A stretch of 64,000 nucleotides of DNA from Sediminibacterium sp. (GTDB lineage Bacteria > Bacteroidota > Bacteroidia > Chitinophagales > Chitinophagaceae): positions 25,742-89,741 of the forward strand of contig CBDDIT010000045.1 in NCBI GenBank assembly GCA_965229175.1, in the 5' to 3' direction. Positions 35,943 through 48,000 of this stretch are shown in pieces. The notes beneath the pieces were generated by a model that was not told the origin of the DNA, did not search any database, and worked only from the letters and a program-made list of their open reading frames with translations. The translations under genes were made by a program, and so were the position numbers. Numbering within the stretch: the stretch's first letter is position 1; the number at the start of each line of letters is the position of its first letter.

Positions 35943-36340
35943 ATGCCACAAAAGAAAACAGACGATATTGCCATTATTGTCGTAGAAGAAGACGACCAAA
36001 ATCGAATGCAAATTTCCGAATACTTGAGAAAGTATAATAAAAGAATATCATTGCATATGATGGTGTTGAAGCTCTTATCATTGTCGACTCTTTAATCGGG
36101 AAAAAGAAGATACTCCTGATTACAGATATTGATCTTCCGTATATTAACGGATACGGAATCGTTAATATAATAGGCAAGTGGAATAGTAATATGGGGAATA
36201 TTAAAAAAGTGATTGCCAGCAAAAAGTCACACGCAGAAGTAAGTTGTATTGCTAATAAAAAGTTCGATGCGTATATAAAAATGCCTACCACCAAACAAAA
36301 AATACTTAAAGTAATAAACCATTTAATGCTAAGCCTCTAA
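35943..36340 (+). pseudogene. Single-domain response regulator (CheY-like receiver) with a 1-nt frameshift
   Basis: This is my own translation; neither half is in the ORF track. Frame A (35943 onward) reads MPQKKTDDIAIIVVEEDDQNRMQISEYLRKYNK. Frame B reads KNIIAYDGVEALIIVDSLIGKKKILLITDIDLPYINGYGIVNII...KKVIASKKSHAEVSCIANKKFDAYIKMPTTKQKILKVINHLMLSL*. The receiver hallmarks are all present: an acidic pair, a phospho-acceptor Asp in LLITDIDLP, and K-P in YIKMP. Adding one A to the A4 run at 36039-36042 restores the frame. Confidence 0.65.
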
Positions 36341-36364
36341 ACAAAACACATACTAAATTCAGCC

Positions 36365-36961
36365 ATGCGTCTAAACAAGTATTTTAAAAGCATGTATTTT
36401 GTACAATGTAATAGATACAAGTTTTACATAGTTCTTTTACTAATACTTATCAACTATCTGGTTGTCTATATAAAACTCCTGTTGTCTTCGCAGGGAATAT
36501 CCGCACCCATTAAAGAATCAACTGTCGAAGAGATGGCTTCTTCCTGGTCCGCACTGAACTATAAAATTATTCTACTAACACTTTACGCCAATACTTTCTT
36601 ATTTGCGACGAGTACCGCTTTTCGATTTATAAACAGCGGGCCGATATTCGCTAGATATCTTAACTCCAGTCGAATTAAGATTATTAAAAGAAAACTAAAA
36701 CTGAAATTTAGCAATCCCTATTTAATGCTTACTAGCAATTTTGCTTTAATTTTACTAGCTGCTATGCTGTTTCTTTGGATACTTCAAGTAGATAGAGATA
36801 TGAAATTATTCTTTTTTATTTGTACTCACTTTATAGGCGTATTTGCCCTTTTATATAACAGAAAGCATCCGACTTTTCATAGATTAAAAATTCTATCCTA
36901 TTTTTTTATTTTGTTGAATGTGCCTATTGGCCAGTTCATAATTATGCATGAAATAATGTAA
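36365..36961 (+). CDS. Hypothetical polytopic membrane protein
   Basis: This is an AT-rich 198-aa ORF with about 4-5 hydrophobic helices. I recognise no family. Confidence 0.45.
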   Translation: MRLNKYFKSMYFVQCNRYKFYIVLLLILINYLVVYIKLLLSSQGISAPIKESTVEEMASSWSALNYKIILLTLYANTFLFATSTAFRFINSGPIFARYLNSSRIKIIKRKLKLKFSNPYLMLTSNFALILLAAMLFLWILQVDRDMKLFFFICTHFIGVFALLYNRKHPTFHRLKILSYFFILLNVPIGQFIIMHEIM

Positions 36962-37081
36962 GCGTAAGAGAAATTCCAAACACACTTATCAGGCTGACGA
37001 AGATTCAAAACAATCAATGTTTTTGTGTCCTGTGATTGATCAATTCCCGGTGTTTCTACACAGGGAATTAAACTGTATAGA

Positions 37082-37495
37082 ATGAAATATTATATTGCGG
37101 CAATTAGAAAGTATGCCATGTTTACCGGAAGAGCACGTCGAAAAGAATACTGGTATTTCACGTTGTTCAATCTTCTTTTTTTGTTCATCACTTTAGTAAT
37201 TGATCGCCTGATTGCAACAAAAATGGGATTCACTTCTTTTAGGGGAACCTACGGTTTAGTCTTTGGGCCTTTATCCATTTTATACTCTCTTTTTATTTTG
37301 GTACCTACAGCTGCGGTTTTTGTTCGTCGTATGCATGATATTAATAAAAGTGGTTGGTATATTCTTCTGTTGCTAGTACCCATCATTGGATTCATCCGCG
37401 CTATTATCCGTTTAGCTGAAGATGGTGAGCCGGAAGAAAACAAATATGGTCCGGCTCCAAAAAAGATAAAATATGATATTGTTATTTACTTGTAA
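37082..37495 (+). CDS. DUF805 (YhaH-like) inner-membrane protein
   Basis: Contains GRARRKEYWYFTLFN, VRRMHDINKSGWYILLLLVPIIG and the C-terminal NKYGP motif typical of DUF805. Confidence 0.75.
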   Translation: MKYYIAAIRKYAMFTGRARRKEYWYFTLFNLLFLFITLVIDRLIATKMGFTSFRGTYGLVFGPLSILYSLFILVPTAAVFVRRMHDINKSGWYILLLLVPIIGFIRAIIRLAEDGEPEENKYGPAPKKIKYDIVIYL

Positions 37496-37522
37496 GTGAT
37501 AACATTTGAAAAACAACCTATT

Positions 37523-38993
37523 CTAGTTCACTATCTTAAGATCGATTCTCCTGTTAATTCTCCTTCCGGATTCTGTGTTATTATCAGCGATAGGTTTCCC
37601 GGGGCCATATCCTTCTGCCCTAAGCCTGCTCTTGTCAATTCCGCCGTTCGTGATAATATACTGAGCAACAGCTATCGCCCTTTTTAAACTCAGGGCCATA
37701 TTCCAACTCATAGATCCCCTATTATCCGTATTCCCCTCAATATTAAGGCGTATGGAAGGATTGCGTTGTAGTATCGCAATTACTTCATCGATTACCGCAA
37801 ATGAACCCGGAAGTATGCTATCACGCCCTTCCGCAAATACAATTCTTCTTCCGGTAGCCAACAACTTTCCTTTCAACTTCGAAAGGCTGTCACCCACCAT
37901 TCTTTCCTGTATCTCCCTATTTACTAATGGCCTATCTACCAATGGCCTATCTATCACAGGGGGGATGATGTAACCCGGCACTCTTTTCGGGTTATTCCCT
38001 GCTTCACCGGATGTATCAACCTGCTTTACACTGGCTGCTGGTGTACCCTGTATGAAGGATTGCTGGCTATTTGCGCTATCGGCTTTCTTAGCCGCCTTAC
38101 TATCCAAAAGAACGGCTTGGGCCTTCAGGCTATTAATGGAATCCGGCTGAAATGAATTTTTTAAAGCAATACCCTGCAAGCTATCTTCTCTTCGAATTGG
38201 TTTAATCTCACCTTTATCCACTGTATACGGTTGTACACTAATATTAATGTTGGTTACCCCCCGTGCTAACATATCTTCTTTAGTCAGTTCCGACTTACTT
38301 ACTGTATCCACCTTAGTTGTTAAATGTAACGTACTGTCTGATGAAACATTGTGGTCCGTAAGCGGAAGGCTCAGCGGCGCAGCAGGTTTTCTAACTCTTT
38401 TCAGCGGGAAACCCATACCCACCGAATAATTGAAATAGTTTTCCGTAGTGGGAAAGTAGTTCATATTATAGGCAACAACGGTATGTAAAAAAACACCTCT
38501 CCCCATACTAAGCTGCAGTCCCAAACCAGGCCGGTATATAGATAGCCAGGTAGCTCCCGCCATACACTGAAAAACCCAGTCCTGCATACACATAAGGAAC
38601 CATAATATGATTGTCGGCGAGTAACTTAATATTCAGCCCACCCGAAGCCTCCACCATTAACTTCTTACTGGCCGAATCAGCAATACTGGAATGATCTGAA
38701 AAAGGGTGTTTAGTCACCGCAGCATTAATGGAACCGACAAAATCTATATTCGGGTTGAGGGTACCTTGAAGATAACTTATGCTTATTCCCGGAGCCATTT
38801 CCGAAACTTTCGTCCACCGGTTATTCAGCAAAACATCCGTAAAAGATGATCTGCTGAAGAGATTAGGAGTATAGATATCCTTTAGGGAAAAAGAAAATTG
38901 AATGGTAGGAGGTTTTCGTTTACCCTTCATTTTTTGACTGAAAGCACCGGTTACACTGAATAACACTGAAAAAAAAGTAAGAAATAGTCTCAT
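37523..38993 (-). pseudogene. OmpA-family outer-membrane protein (N-terminal barrel plus C-terminal OmpA_C peptidoglycan-binding domain) with an apparent frameshift
   Basis: ORF 38993-38508 has a signal peptide (MRLFLTFFSVLFSVTGAFSQ) and beta-strand-like segments that end ..VPYVYAGLGFSVYGGSYLAIYIPAWFGTAA*. ORF 38593-37523 continues in another frame as ..GLGLQLSMGRGVFLHTVVAYNMNYF... Its C-terminus reads RRIVFAEGRDSILPGS...IRLNIEGNTDNRGSMSWNMALSLKRAIAVAQYI...RRINRRIDLKIV. The frame junction lies near 38525-38545. Confidence 0.7.
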
Positions 38994-39004
38994 TTGATTA
39001 ATTA

Positions 39005-39031
39005 AAGCTCATACCGATACGGCATGAGCTT
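39005..39031 (-). terminator. Intergenic hairpin between the giant adhesin gene and the OmpA-family gene
   Basis: aagctcataccg (39005-39016) pairs with cggcatgagctt (39020-39031), giving a 12-bp stem with one mismatch and a 3-nt loop. It is followed on the minus strand by TAATTAATC rather than a clean U-tract, so it could be an attenuator or processing site rather than a full terminator. Confidence 0.4.
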
Positions 39032-39071
39032 CTCCCATTATAAATCTTCACAATAACTGGCTGCTATTCTC

Positions 39072-42000
39072 TTATTTAATAATATTCACGGCTCCTGATC
39101 GAACTACTGTTTTACCATCGGTCGTAACAGCCTGAACCACCCAAATATAAGTACCCACCGGAACAGGAACTCCATTGTAACGACCGTCCCATCCCTTGTT
39201 AACATCGCTGGTTTCAAACATAACCTGATGGTATTGGTTATATATTATGAACCTATTAAGTGTTTTGATACTTACCGTATTTAAAAGGAACAGGTCGTTT
39301 ATTCCGTCACCGTTGGGTGAGAATGAGTTAGGTGCATATACATACCCTTTATCCTCACTGAAAGCAATCACCTGCAATGTGTCAATAGTTTGACATCCGG
39401 AAGCCTGTACAATCTTTATAGTATAAACAATGCCTGTATCGGCTGTAATAACCGGGTTAACAATTGTGCTATCATCGAGGTACTTGGATGGATACCAGGT
39501 ATAGCTTACTCCGATATTTCTCGCACTTAACTGGGTAGCTGTGTTCTTAAGCACATTTACCACTGTTTTCTCGGCAGGCACAGGGTCTGCAACAATAACA
39601 CTCTTAGTTACACTATCCTTCGCTGCATCACAACCCGCTATGGACGCCACCAGTTTTACCTGGTAGTTACCTGTACCAGCAAACTGGTAATTGAAACTCT
39701 GGCTGTTTGAAACCAGGGAGTTATCTACTGACCAGCTATAGTTAACCGGTAATGGATCATTGGATACGGTTGTGCTGGTGAAGGTACCCGCTTTGCTTAC
39801 ACAACTAACACTATACGTAAAGTCTGGTGCAGGCTTGCTGATCGTGGTTAATGTGATGCTGTTGGTTGCCTCTACCGAACACCTGTTGGCGTCTGCCACA
39901 GACAGGGTGTAGGTTCCCGGCAACTGGGTGCTAAATGAATTGAGGTTATTTGTTCCGGCAGCAATTACTGCACCATCCCTGTACCAGGTATAAGATATCA
40001 ATCCAGTGTTACTAGCTTGTAAAATCAGGTCTGTTCCAGTACATATCCTGTTGGTGACCGATGTTATAGATACGGATGGCAATGCCTGAACAGTTACGGA
40101 CTTGCTCATGACAATTACGCGGCTGCCCACTTTAATGGTATAATTGATAACGGCTGTACCTGCTGTAAGCGCTGTGGCAACACCGCTTGCTGATATTGAA
40201 ATAATACTGCTGTTGCTGCTGCTCCATGTGCCGCCGCTTATACTCAATGAATCAGTATAGTTAGCCTGCGATCCCAAACAGATGTAATCTGGCCCCATGA
40301 TCTTATCGCTGGAAGCGGCAGGATTGAAATCTTCCACAAACAGGCTTACCGTAGTAGATGCCGCAAGGAAATTTGCAGTGGCAGGTACCCTGGCTGTGAT
40401 GGTTGCAGTTCCGGCTCCGGTAATGGTGGCAGTATTGCCGGATATGGTAACAATGGCCGCATTGCTGCTTTCGTATACTACCGCTCCATCTGAATTAGTG
40501 GTGGAAGTAAGCGCAAACGGCGCGTCTCCATACGACTTATTAAGGTTGGTCATGGCAATGGTTGCCGGAGCCTGCAGTACGGTTATGGTAGCCGTTATGG
40601 TGTACGGCATGAAGTTGGCGGTTTCAGCCACCGTAACGGTAACTGTGGCCTGTCCGCCTCCATTAATGAATGCCATACTATCCACAAAGCTTACCACAGA
40701 CAGGTTATTGCTTGCAAAACGGAGCGTACCCGGCGAGTTGGTGGAAACACCAGGCACAAATGGCGCATTGCCAAATACCTTGCTGGTATTGCTAAAACTC
40801 ATAACCGGTGTTGCTTTGGCTACCGTTACCGTTGCCGTAGCAGACATGGCCGGGTAACCCGCTGTAGCGGCTACATTTACCGTTATCACCGCAGAACCGG
40901 CACCCTGTATAGTTGCCGTGTTACCGTTTATGCTAAGGATAGCAGCATCACTGCTCACGTAACTGATCGGCCCGTTTGAGCTGGTAACCGCACTCAGCGT
41001 AAATGGCGCATCTCCATATACCTTATTGATATTGCCCATAACAACCGTGCTGGTAGCAGCACCTACTTTAATGGTAGCGGTTGTTGTTGCGCCCGTATAG
41101 TTAGTAGTAGCAGCCAGGTTTGCCGTAATGGTAGCGGTACCTGCACCTACTATGGTTGCTGTTTGTCCTGTTATGCTTACCACAGACGGATCATTGCTGA
41201 TATAGCTGATGGCACCGCCAGAGTTTGTGGTAGCTGAAAGTGTAAATGGTACATCACCATACACTTTATTCAGGTTACCCATTGCTATTGTTCCATTCGA
41301 AGGACTTACTGTAACGGTAGCAGTGGTTGTTGCGGCAGTATAGTTGTTGGTAGCAGCCAGGTTTGCTGAAATGGTAGCGGTACCCGCACCTACTATGGTT
41401 ACCGTTTCTCCTGTTATGCTTACCACAGACGGATCACTACTGATATAGCTGATGGCACCGCCTGAGTTTGTGGTAGCTGAAAGTGTAAATGGTACATCGC
41501 CATACACCTTATTCAGGTTACCCAATGTGATCGTTCCACTGGCAGCACTTACCCTAACCATGGCAGCAATGCTGGCTGATGAATAGCTGGTGGTTGCGGC
41601 AACATTAGCGGTAATAGTGGCATTGCCTGCCCCAACTACAGTGGCTGTATTTCCATTAACAGCTATCACGGATGGATTGGAACTGGTATAAGTGATGGCC
41701 CCACCTGAGTTAGTAACGGCAGAGAGTGTAAATGGTGCATCTCCATATACTTTGGTGATATCAGCCAGGGTTATAGTACCTGCCCCCGCACTTACCACCA
41801 CGGCTGCTGTTACAGAATTAGCCGTAAAGTTAGCGGTTGCCGCTACCGTTGCGGTAATAATGGCACTGCCTCCACCTGTAATGGTAGCAATATTACCGCT
41901 GATGCTCACTACCGATGGGTTACTGCTCACATAAGTGATGGCTCCGCCGGAAAGAGCTGTTGCCGACAGGGTATAGGTCATTGGAGACACTCCATAGACA

Positions 42001-45000
42001 GCCGTTATAGATGTTGGTGTAAGGGTTATTGTAGGCGTAGCCGCGTAAACAGTTACCATAGCGGTAGCAGACACCGCCGCAAAATTAGCTGTACCCGCAA
42101 CCTGAACGGTGATGGTGGCTGTACCCGCAACACCTACCGTTGCGGCGGTTGTATTGATACTTAATACAGCAGGATTACTGCTGGTATAAGTTACCAAACC
42201 ATCCGAATTGGTGGCGGCAGAGAGTACAAAGCTACCTGAGCCATAAGCCCTTGTAATATCCGCCATACTCAGTGTTGGCAAGGCCGCCGATACGGTAATC
42301 GTAGCCGTAGTGGTTACAGATACAAAATTAGCCGTTGCAGCTACCGTGGCAGTTATATGCGCGGTACCGCCACTTCTTATGGTAGCCTTGTTGGCCACAA
42401 TACTGATCACAGACGGATCATCACTTACATAACTGATGGCGCCGTTTGAGTTGGTTACGGCTGCCAGTATAAACTGCGCATCGCCATACACCTTGCTCAC
42501 ATTGGCCAGGCTCAGGGTTGGGGTATTGCTGTTAACGGTAATATTAGCCGTGGCGCTGGCTGCCCCGTAATTGGCGGTTTGCGCCACACTGGCGGTAATG
42601 ATAGCCGAACCTCCGCTTACTACACTGGCCCTGTTGCCACTAATACTGATAACAGATGGATCACTGCTTGTATATGTGATGGTAGCATCCGAATTGGTAG
42701 TAGCTCCCAACAGGAAGTCCGGATCACCGTAGGTCTTACTAAGCGGATGGAAGTTGCTGATAGAAGCGGCAAGTTTCGATACATTTACGGTAACCTGTGA
42801 TGAAGCAGCCTGGTAATTCCGGGTTGCCGGTACACTGGCCGTAATGATAGCCGATCCTGCCCCCACCACCGTGGCAATATTGCCATTGATGCGAACTACC
42901 GACGTGTTACTACTGCTATAACTTACTACTCCATCGGAAGCAGTCGTAGAAGTCAGGGTATAGCTCATTGTTCCTGATCCATATACGGTATTAATAGCCG
43001 CCGGTGCAATGGAAAGCGTTGCCGGTGATTTCAGTACCAACATTATTAGCGTTGCACTACCTGCTAAATAGTTATTGGTTTCCGCTACGTTCACTGTAAT
43101 ATGGGTTGATCCTGCACCGGTTACCGTAGCTGTATTGTCATTAATAACAACCACAGATTTTGAAAGACTATTCTCAGGTACATAACTGATGTCTCCATCG
43201 GAATTGGTGGTGGCAGTCAGCGTAAATGGAGCATCCCCAAATGTTTTTGCAATATCATCAGCAGTTATCGTTGGTACTGCGCGGGTAACCGTAATGATCT
43301 TTTGTAAGCTAGGTGCCGGGTTAATAAACAAACCAGGATCACCAGCCTGATTCGCTGTTACAATAATAGTACCTGCGGCTGTTATTAGTAAAGTATTGCC
43401 GGTAATAACACCAGGGCCGCTAACAGAATAGGTAATTGGGAAATTATTAGAGCCGTTATTCTCCAAAGTAGACTGCGCGGTAAGGGCTATTGTCTTTCCG
43501 GGTTCATATACAACGGTAGCAGGCAGGTCTGTTGTATATACAATTCGCTGATTGTCGCCCTGAATATTCCAATTAACACTACTTCCAGCAGGTTCATAGT
43601 TATCATCACCCGCCTGGCTCAATTCTACATTAACATTACCGCTATCAGCTAAGATGCTGAGAAGATTACCCGTAAGGTCTGCTACCCCAGACGTAGTAAA
43701 AGCCCCCAGTGTCAGCGTCACAGCGAGTCCGGACGTTGATGTTGCCGATAGTGCTAGTTTCTCGTTAGTGAAATACAAGTATGACAAAGGATAAACATCT
43801 ATACCTGCCAGTGTAAGCACCTGTTTAGCCTTGCTGATCACCACAGTGGACGTAGCACTTACCGCTGCAAAATTGGTGGTGGCTGCTATATCTGCGGTAA
43901 CATGTACGGTACCCGCTTTGTGTATGGTTGCCTGGCTGCCGGTGATGCTCAGTATTGATGGATCACTGCTGGTATAGGTGATGGCGCCATCGGAATTTGT
44001 TATCGCTTTCAGCGTAAAGTCAGCATCCCCATACGTACGGCTGATATTGGCGAAGTTGATGACAGGCATTTCTTTGCTGGCCGTTACCGTAGCGGTGGCT
44101 GAGCTTGCTGCAAAATTGGTTGTGGCTGCTACAGTAGCCGTAATAGTTGCGCTGCCGGCCCCTACAATACTTACCGTGTTGCCACTTACCAGTGCTACCG
44201 AGGTGTTACTGCTGGCAAACGATACAATTCCATTTGAATTAGTGGAATAATTCAGGGTATAGGTAAGCGGCGCTGCTCCATTTACCGCATTAATGGAAGT
44301 TGGTGTAATGGTGAGGGTTGGCGTTTGCTTACTTACGGTTACAGTAGCCGTTGTAGAAGCCGCGGCAAAGTTAGCCGTGGCAGCCACTGTTGCTGTAATA
44401 ATGGCACTACCCGCTCCCGTAACAGTAGCGCTATTACCACTGATCGTTACAACACCGGCATTGCTGCTGGTATAAGTAACCAGTCCATCAGCATTGGTAA
44501 CAGCCGATAGGGTAAATGGTGCGTCACCATATTGCTTGCTGATATTAGCCAGGCTAATAGTGGATGATGCGGTACTTACTGATACAGAGGCTGTTGATGA
44601 AGCAGCGATAAAGTTGGCTGTTGCGGCAACCGTTGCGGTAATGGTTGCATGTCCGGCAGCCTTAACCGTTGCTGTATTTCCGCTAATGCTTACCACCGAT
44701 GGATCACTGCTTGCATAAGTTACCGCTCCATCTGAGTTGGTGGTAGCTGTTAATGTATACGACTGTGGAGCACCTGTAAATATGATGTTTGTTACGGCCG
44801 GGGTAATGGATATGGTGGTTGTTACCGTACTAACCGTTACCGCAACCGTTACAGAGGCGGCAGCAAAATTAGCCGTGGCAGCAACCATTACTTTTACTGT
44901 TGTAGAACCGCCGCCTGTTACCGTAGCAGTATTGCCATTAATGCCCAGTACATAAGGATCTGCACTCACATAACTGATCGCTCCATCTGAATTGGTTGTA

Positions 45001-48000
45001 GCAGAAAGTGTGAACGGAGCCGATCCATACACTTTGCTGATAGCAGCCATGTTAATGTTCGGAGTCGCTGCCGCTACCGTTACCGTAGCAGTTGTGCTGG
45101 CCGCATAGTAATTAGCCGATGCGGCTACCGTAGCCGTAATGGTAGCCACCCCTCCGCTGTGGATGGTAGCCGTATTACCACTGATGCTCACCACCGATGG
45201 CGCATCACTGCTGTAAGTGATCACACCTGCAGGGTTATTGGTCGTTGCACTCAAAGTAAAGGCTGCATCGCCATATACCTTGCTGATATCATTTAAATGG
45301 ATGGTCGCACTAGCCTTGTCCACCGTTACGTTAGCCGTAGTGGTAGCGGCTGTATAGTTGGTGGTCTGCGTTACACTAGCCGTAATAACAGCCGTGCCAG
45401 CTCCCACTACTGTGGCAGTATTACCGCTAACGCTTACTACCAGCGGATTAGAACTGCTGTAAGTAATGCCCGCATCGGAATTAGTCGTACCTCCCAGCGT
45501 AAAGCTAGCATCACCATAGGTCTTGCTCATCGGTGCAAGCGTTACCGTTGCGCTAGCCCTGCTCACCACCACGCTCACCGTTGCACTGGCAGCTGTATAG
45601 TTAGCCGTGGCAGCCACGCTTGCTGTAATGGTAGCCGTTCCTGCTCCCTTCACCGTAGCTGTTGTGCCCACTACCGCTATCACAGATGGATCACTACTGC
45701 TGTAGCTAACCACTCCATTGGAATTACTGGTCGAACTGAAGGTATACACCGTACCCGCTCCTGTCAGTGCGAAGACCGTACTGATAGAGGATGGGCTAAC
45801 CGATAGGGTACCTGTTGCCACCGATACGCTCACATTGGCCGTTGTGCTCGCTGCCACGTAGTTGGCCGTTGCCGGTACGCTCACCGTAAGGATCGCGTTA
45901 CCCGCTCCTACTACCGTAGCTATATTACCGCTCACCGACAATACCAATGGATCGGAGCTTACATACTCAACCACTCCATCGGAATTAGTGGTAGCACTTA
46001 ATACAAAGCTGCCATCACCGTATACCTTACTGATATTATTGTGCTCTATACTTACCGCCGCCCTGGTCACATTGATCGTATGCCACTGCGTTGGTGCAGC
46101 ATTGTATACATTATCACCTGACTGGTCGGCTGTCAGGATCACCGTTCCGCCGCCCAGTACCGTTAACACATTACCCGATACGCTCGCTGAACCAGACTGT
46201 ACCGTATAGGTAACCGTTAATCCGGAGCTGGCACTACCCGTCAAGCTAAGGGTAAGACCCGGCTGGTAGCCCACCGATGATGGAAGTGCCGGTACAAAGC
46301 TGATCGCCTGGTTAGAACGCGTAACATCTACTGTAAGGCTACCGCTGGCAGCATTATAGTTCTCATTACCCGGCTGGCTGTAGATCACAGTAAGGGTACC
46401 GGTGGCCGCCGTCAACGTCAGCCTATCATCAACAGACAGCGTAGCAGGACTGCCCGCTCCAAGGCTTAAAGTAACCGACAGACCCGCTGTAGAACTACCC
46501 GCAAGCTGGATCGGTACATTGAGATAGGTTGACAATGGTACACCACTGTCCGGAAGACCCGACAGGCTCAATACCTGGGTGGCCTTGGATACCACCGCTA
46601 TCGCCGTGGCCGTAGCCGCTCCGTACTGAGGTGTGGCTGCTACCTCGGCCGTAAGGGTTACCGTACCCGCTTTAAGGATCGTAGCCGTATTACCACTCAC
46701 AGAGATGATAGAAGGATCCGCACTGAAATAAGTGATCGCTCCACCGGAGTTGCTCACCGCATTGAGCGTAAAGCTGCCGTCACCATATACCTTATTGATA
46801 TTACTGAAGCTGATCGTGGTAGAACCCGAGGTTACCGTTACACTAGCCGTTGCACTGGCTGCCGTATAGTTAGCCGTTGCGCTCACGCTCGCCGTAATGG
46901 TAGCCACACCCGATCCCATCACCGTAGCAGTCGTTCCTACAACGGAGATCACTGCAGGGTTAGAGCTGGCATAACTTACCACTCCATCTGAATTAACCAC
47001 CGAACTTAATGTATACGTAAGCGGTGCCACTCCATAGTTAGCCACTATAGAAGCAGGGCTGATAGTAATGCTGCCCGTTGCTGGAGACACATACACACTG
47101 GCCGTTACAGAGGCCGCAGCAAAATTAGCCGTGGCAGCCACACTAGCCGTTACATGCGCCGTACCCGCTCCGATGATCGTTACCTGGTTACCACTGATGC
47201 TAAGTACGCCAGGTGCATCGGTAGTATAGCTGATCAAGCCATTAGAGTTCGTAGTAGCACTTAACGTAAAGGACGCATCACCATATACCTTACTGATATC
47301 ACCCAAACTGATCGTAGAGGAAGCCGTACTTACGCTCACCGATGTTGTAGCGGAGGCCGCCGCAAAATAAGCTGTTTCACCTACCGAAACAGTAATAGTA
47401 GCAGTACCAGCACCCTTTACAACAGCAGTCGTAGTACCGGAAATGGCAATTACAGCGGTGTTATCGCTACTATACATTAGCTCTCCTCCATAGTAATTAG
47501 TAGTAGCCGACAGTGTAAATGGCTGGTCGCCAAATACCTTGCTTATCGGAGCTAAAGACAGTGTTGGTATAACCTTGCCTACTCTTACCGTAGCCGTAGT
47601 GCTATATGCAAAATAATCGGCTGTTTCTGCTACCGTTATAGTAATTGTGGCTGTACCCACTCCGTGCACCACAGCTGTATTAGTGCCAGAAATAGACACT
47701 ACAGAGGTATTATCACTCGTATAAATAATAGTACCTCTATAATAGTTGGTAGTAGCTGACAATGTAAATGGCTGATCTGCAAAACTTTTACTAATCGGTG
47801 CCAATGAAAGCGTTGGTGTAATCTTACCCACTATTGCAGAAGCAGTCACACTAAAGGCGTTAAAGTTAACTGTCTCTGCCACCTGTATCGTGATGCTGGC
47901 TGTTCCGCCACCTACTACTACTCCTGTATTAGTACCCGATATCGATACCACAGCGGCATCACTGCTGCTGTAAGTAATCGCTCCTCCATAATAATTAGTA

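Noticed and set aside
35974-36294. A 106-aa minus-strand ORF in the ORF track.
   Set aside because: It is hydrophobic and low-complexity and has no family features. It lies exactly antisense to a plus-strand sequence that translates into a recognisable receiver domain.
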